A stretch of 25,572 nucleotides of DNA. It comes from a virus. Lineage: Duplodnaviria; Caudoviricetes. The position numbers and the translations under genes were made by a program. The stretch lies in the IMG/VR virus record IMGVR_UViG_3300032373_001137, positions 1 to 25,572 of that record; one strand, given 5' to 3'. Under the pieces are notes generated by a model. That model was not told the DNA's origin and searched no databases. It saw only the letters and a program-made list of their open reading frames with translations. Below, in pieces: positions 25,222-25,572 of this stretch. Numbering within the stretch: position 1 is the stretch's first letter; each line of letters opens with the position of its first letter.

Positions 25222-25572
25222 ATGGACACGATGATCGAAATCCCGGCCTTGCGTCGGATGGCGGAGCTTGCGCCGAACTCAGCCGATACCGACACCCGCA
25301 CCGTCGAGGTGATCTGGTCGGCAGGCGCGCGGGTCCGCCGGTCGACCCTGTTCGGAGAGCCCTATGACGAGGAGCTCAGCCTCGATCCAACCCATGTGCG
25401 GCTGGATCGTCTGAACGCGGGCGCGCCGTTTCTGAAGGTGCACGAGGTCGACACGCTGGATGCCGTGATCGGCTCGGTCGTGCCGGGTTCGGCGCGTATC
25501 GAAAACGGTCGCGGCATTGCTCAGGTCCGGATCAGCGAACGCGCTGATGTCGAACCGATCTGGCGCGACATC
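25222..25572 (+). CDS. Prohead protease (probably protease/major capsid fusion), 5' part, truncated by the window end
   Basis: Own translation from ATG 25222: MDTMIEIPALRRMAELAPNSAD..TRTVEVIWSAGARVRR...YDEELSLDP..VRLDRLNAGAPFLKVH...VIGSV. Open to the window end; follows the portal. Confidence 0.85.
   Translation, partial: MDTMIEIPALRRMAELAPNSADTDTRTVEVIWSAGARVRRSTLFGEPYDEELSLDPTHVRLDRLNAGAPFLKVHEVDTLDAVIGSVVPGSARIENGRGIAQVRISERADVEPIWRDI

Larger units (their letters stand above)
6916..25572. mobile_element. Integrated lambda-like prophage or phage-related element (serine-recombinase type); continues beyond the right edge, left boundary undefined
   Basis: Gene order: integration cluster, HTH, primase/helicase, methylases, terS, terL (GpA), gpW, portal, protease/capsid. 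No att site identified. Confidence 0.88.

Overview
High-GC window that looks alphaproteobacterial. It holds the left part of an integrated lambda-like (GpA terminase, lambda-type portal) prophage or phage-like element, plus an adjacent defence operon. On the minus strand, 1-6758 is a tightly coupled operon: type I R-M hsdR-hsdM-hsdS followed by a HipA-like kinase and a DUF3037 protein. 6916-9258 (-) is an integration cluster: small ORF, DUF2924, large serine recombinase and small wHTH-like ORF. Where a CI repressor would be expected (9916-12566, +) there is instead a two-gene module: a 263-aa Met-Gly-starting protein and a QatC/Cap9-type QueC-like enzyme fused to a C-terminal OmpR/PhoB-like winged helix. 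GTCACA(CGAAA) direct repeats and an excisionase-like HTH gene follow. Next come a Prim-Pol and SF3 helicase replication module with an origin-like repeat region, a DUF6362 gene and a lambda-cos-like sequence. After these are a ParB-N6/N4 methylase, a C5 methylase apparently split between two fully overlapping reading frames, a reverse three-gene cluster, then terS, terL, gpW, portal and the start of a protease/capsid gene. Family calls come from motif recognition only; no database searches were run.
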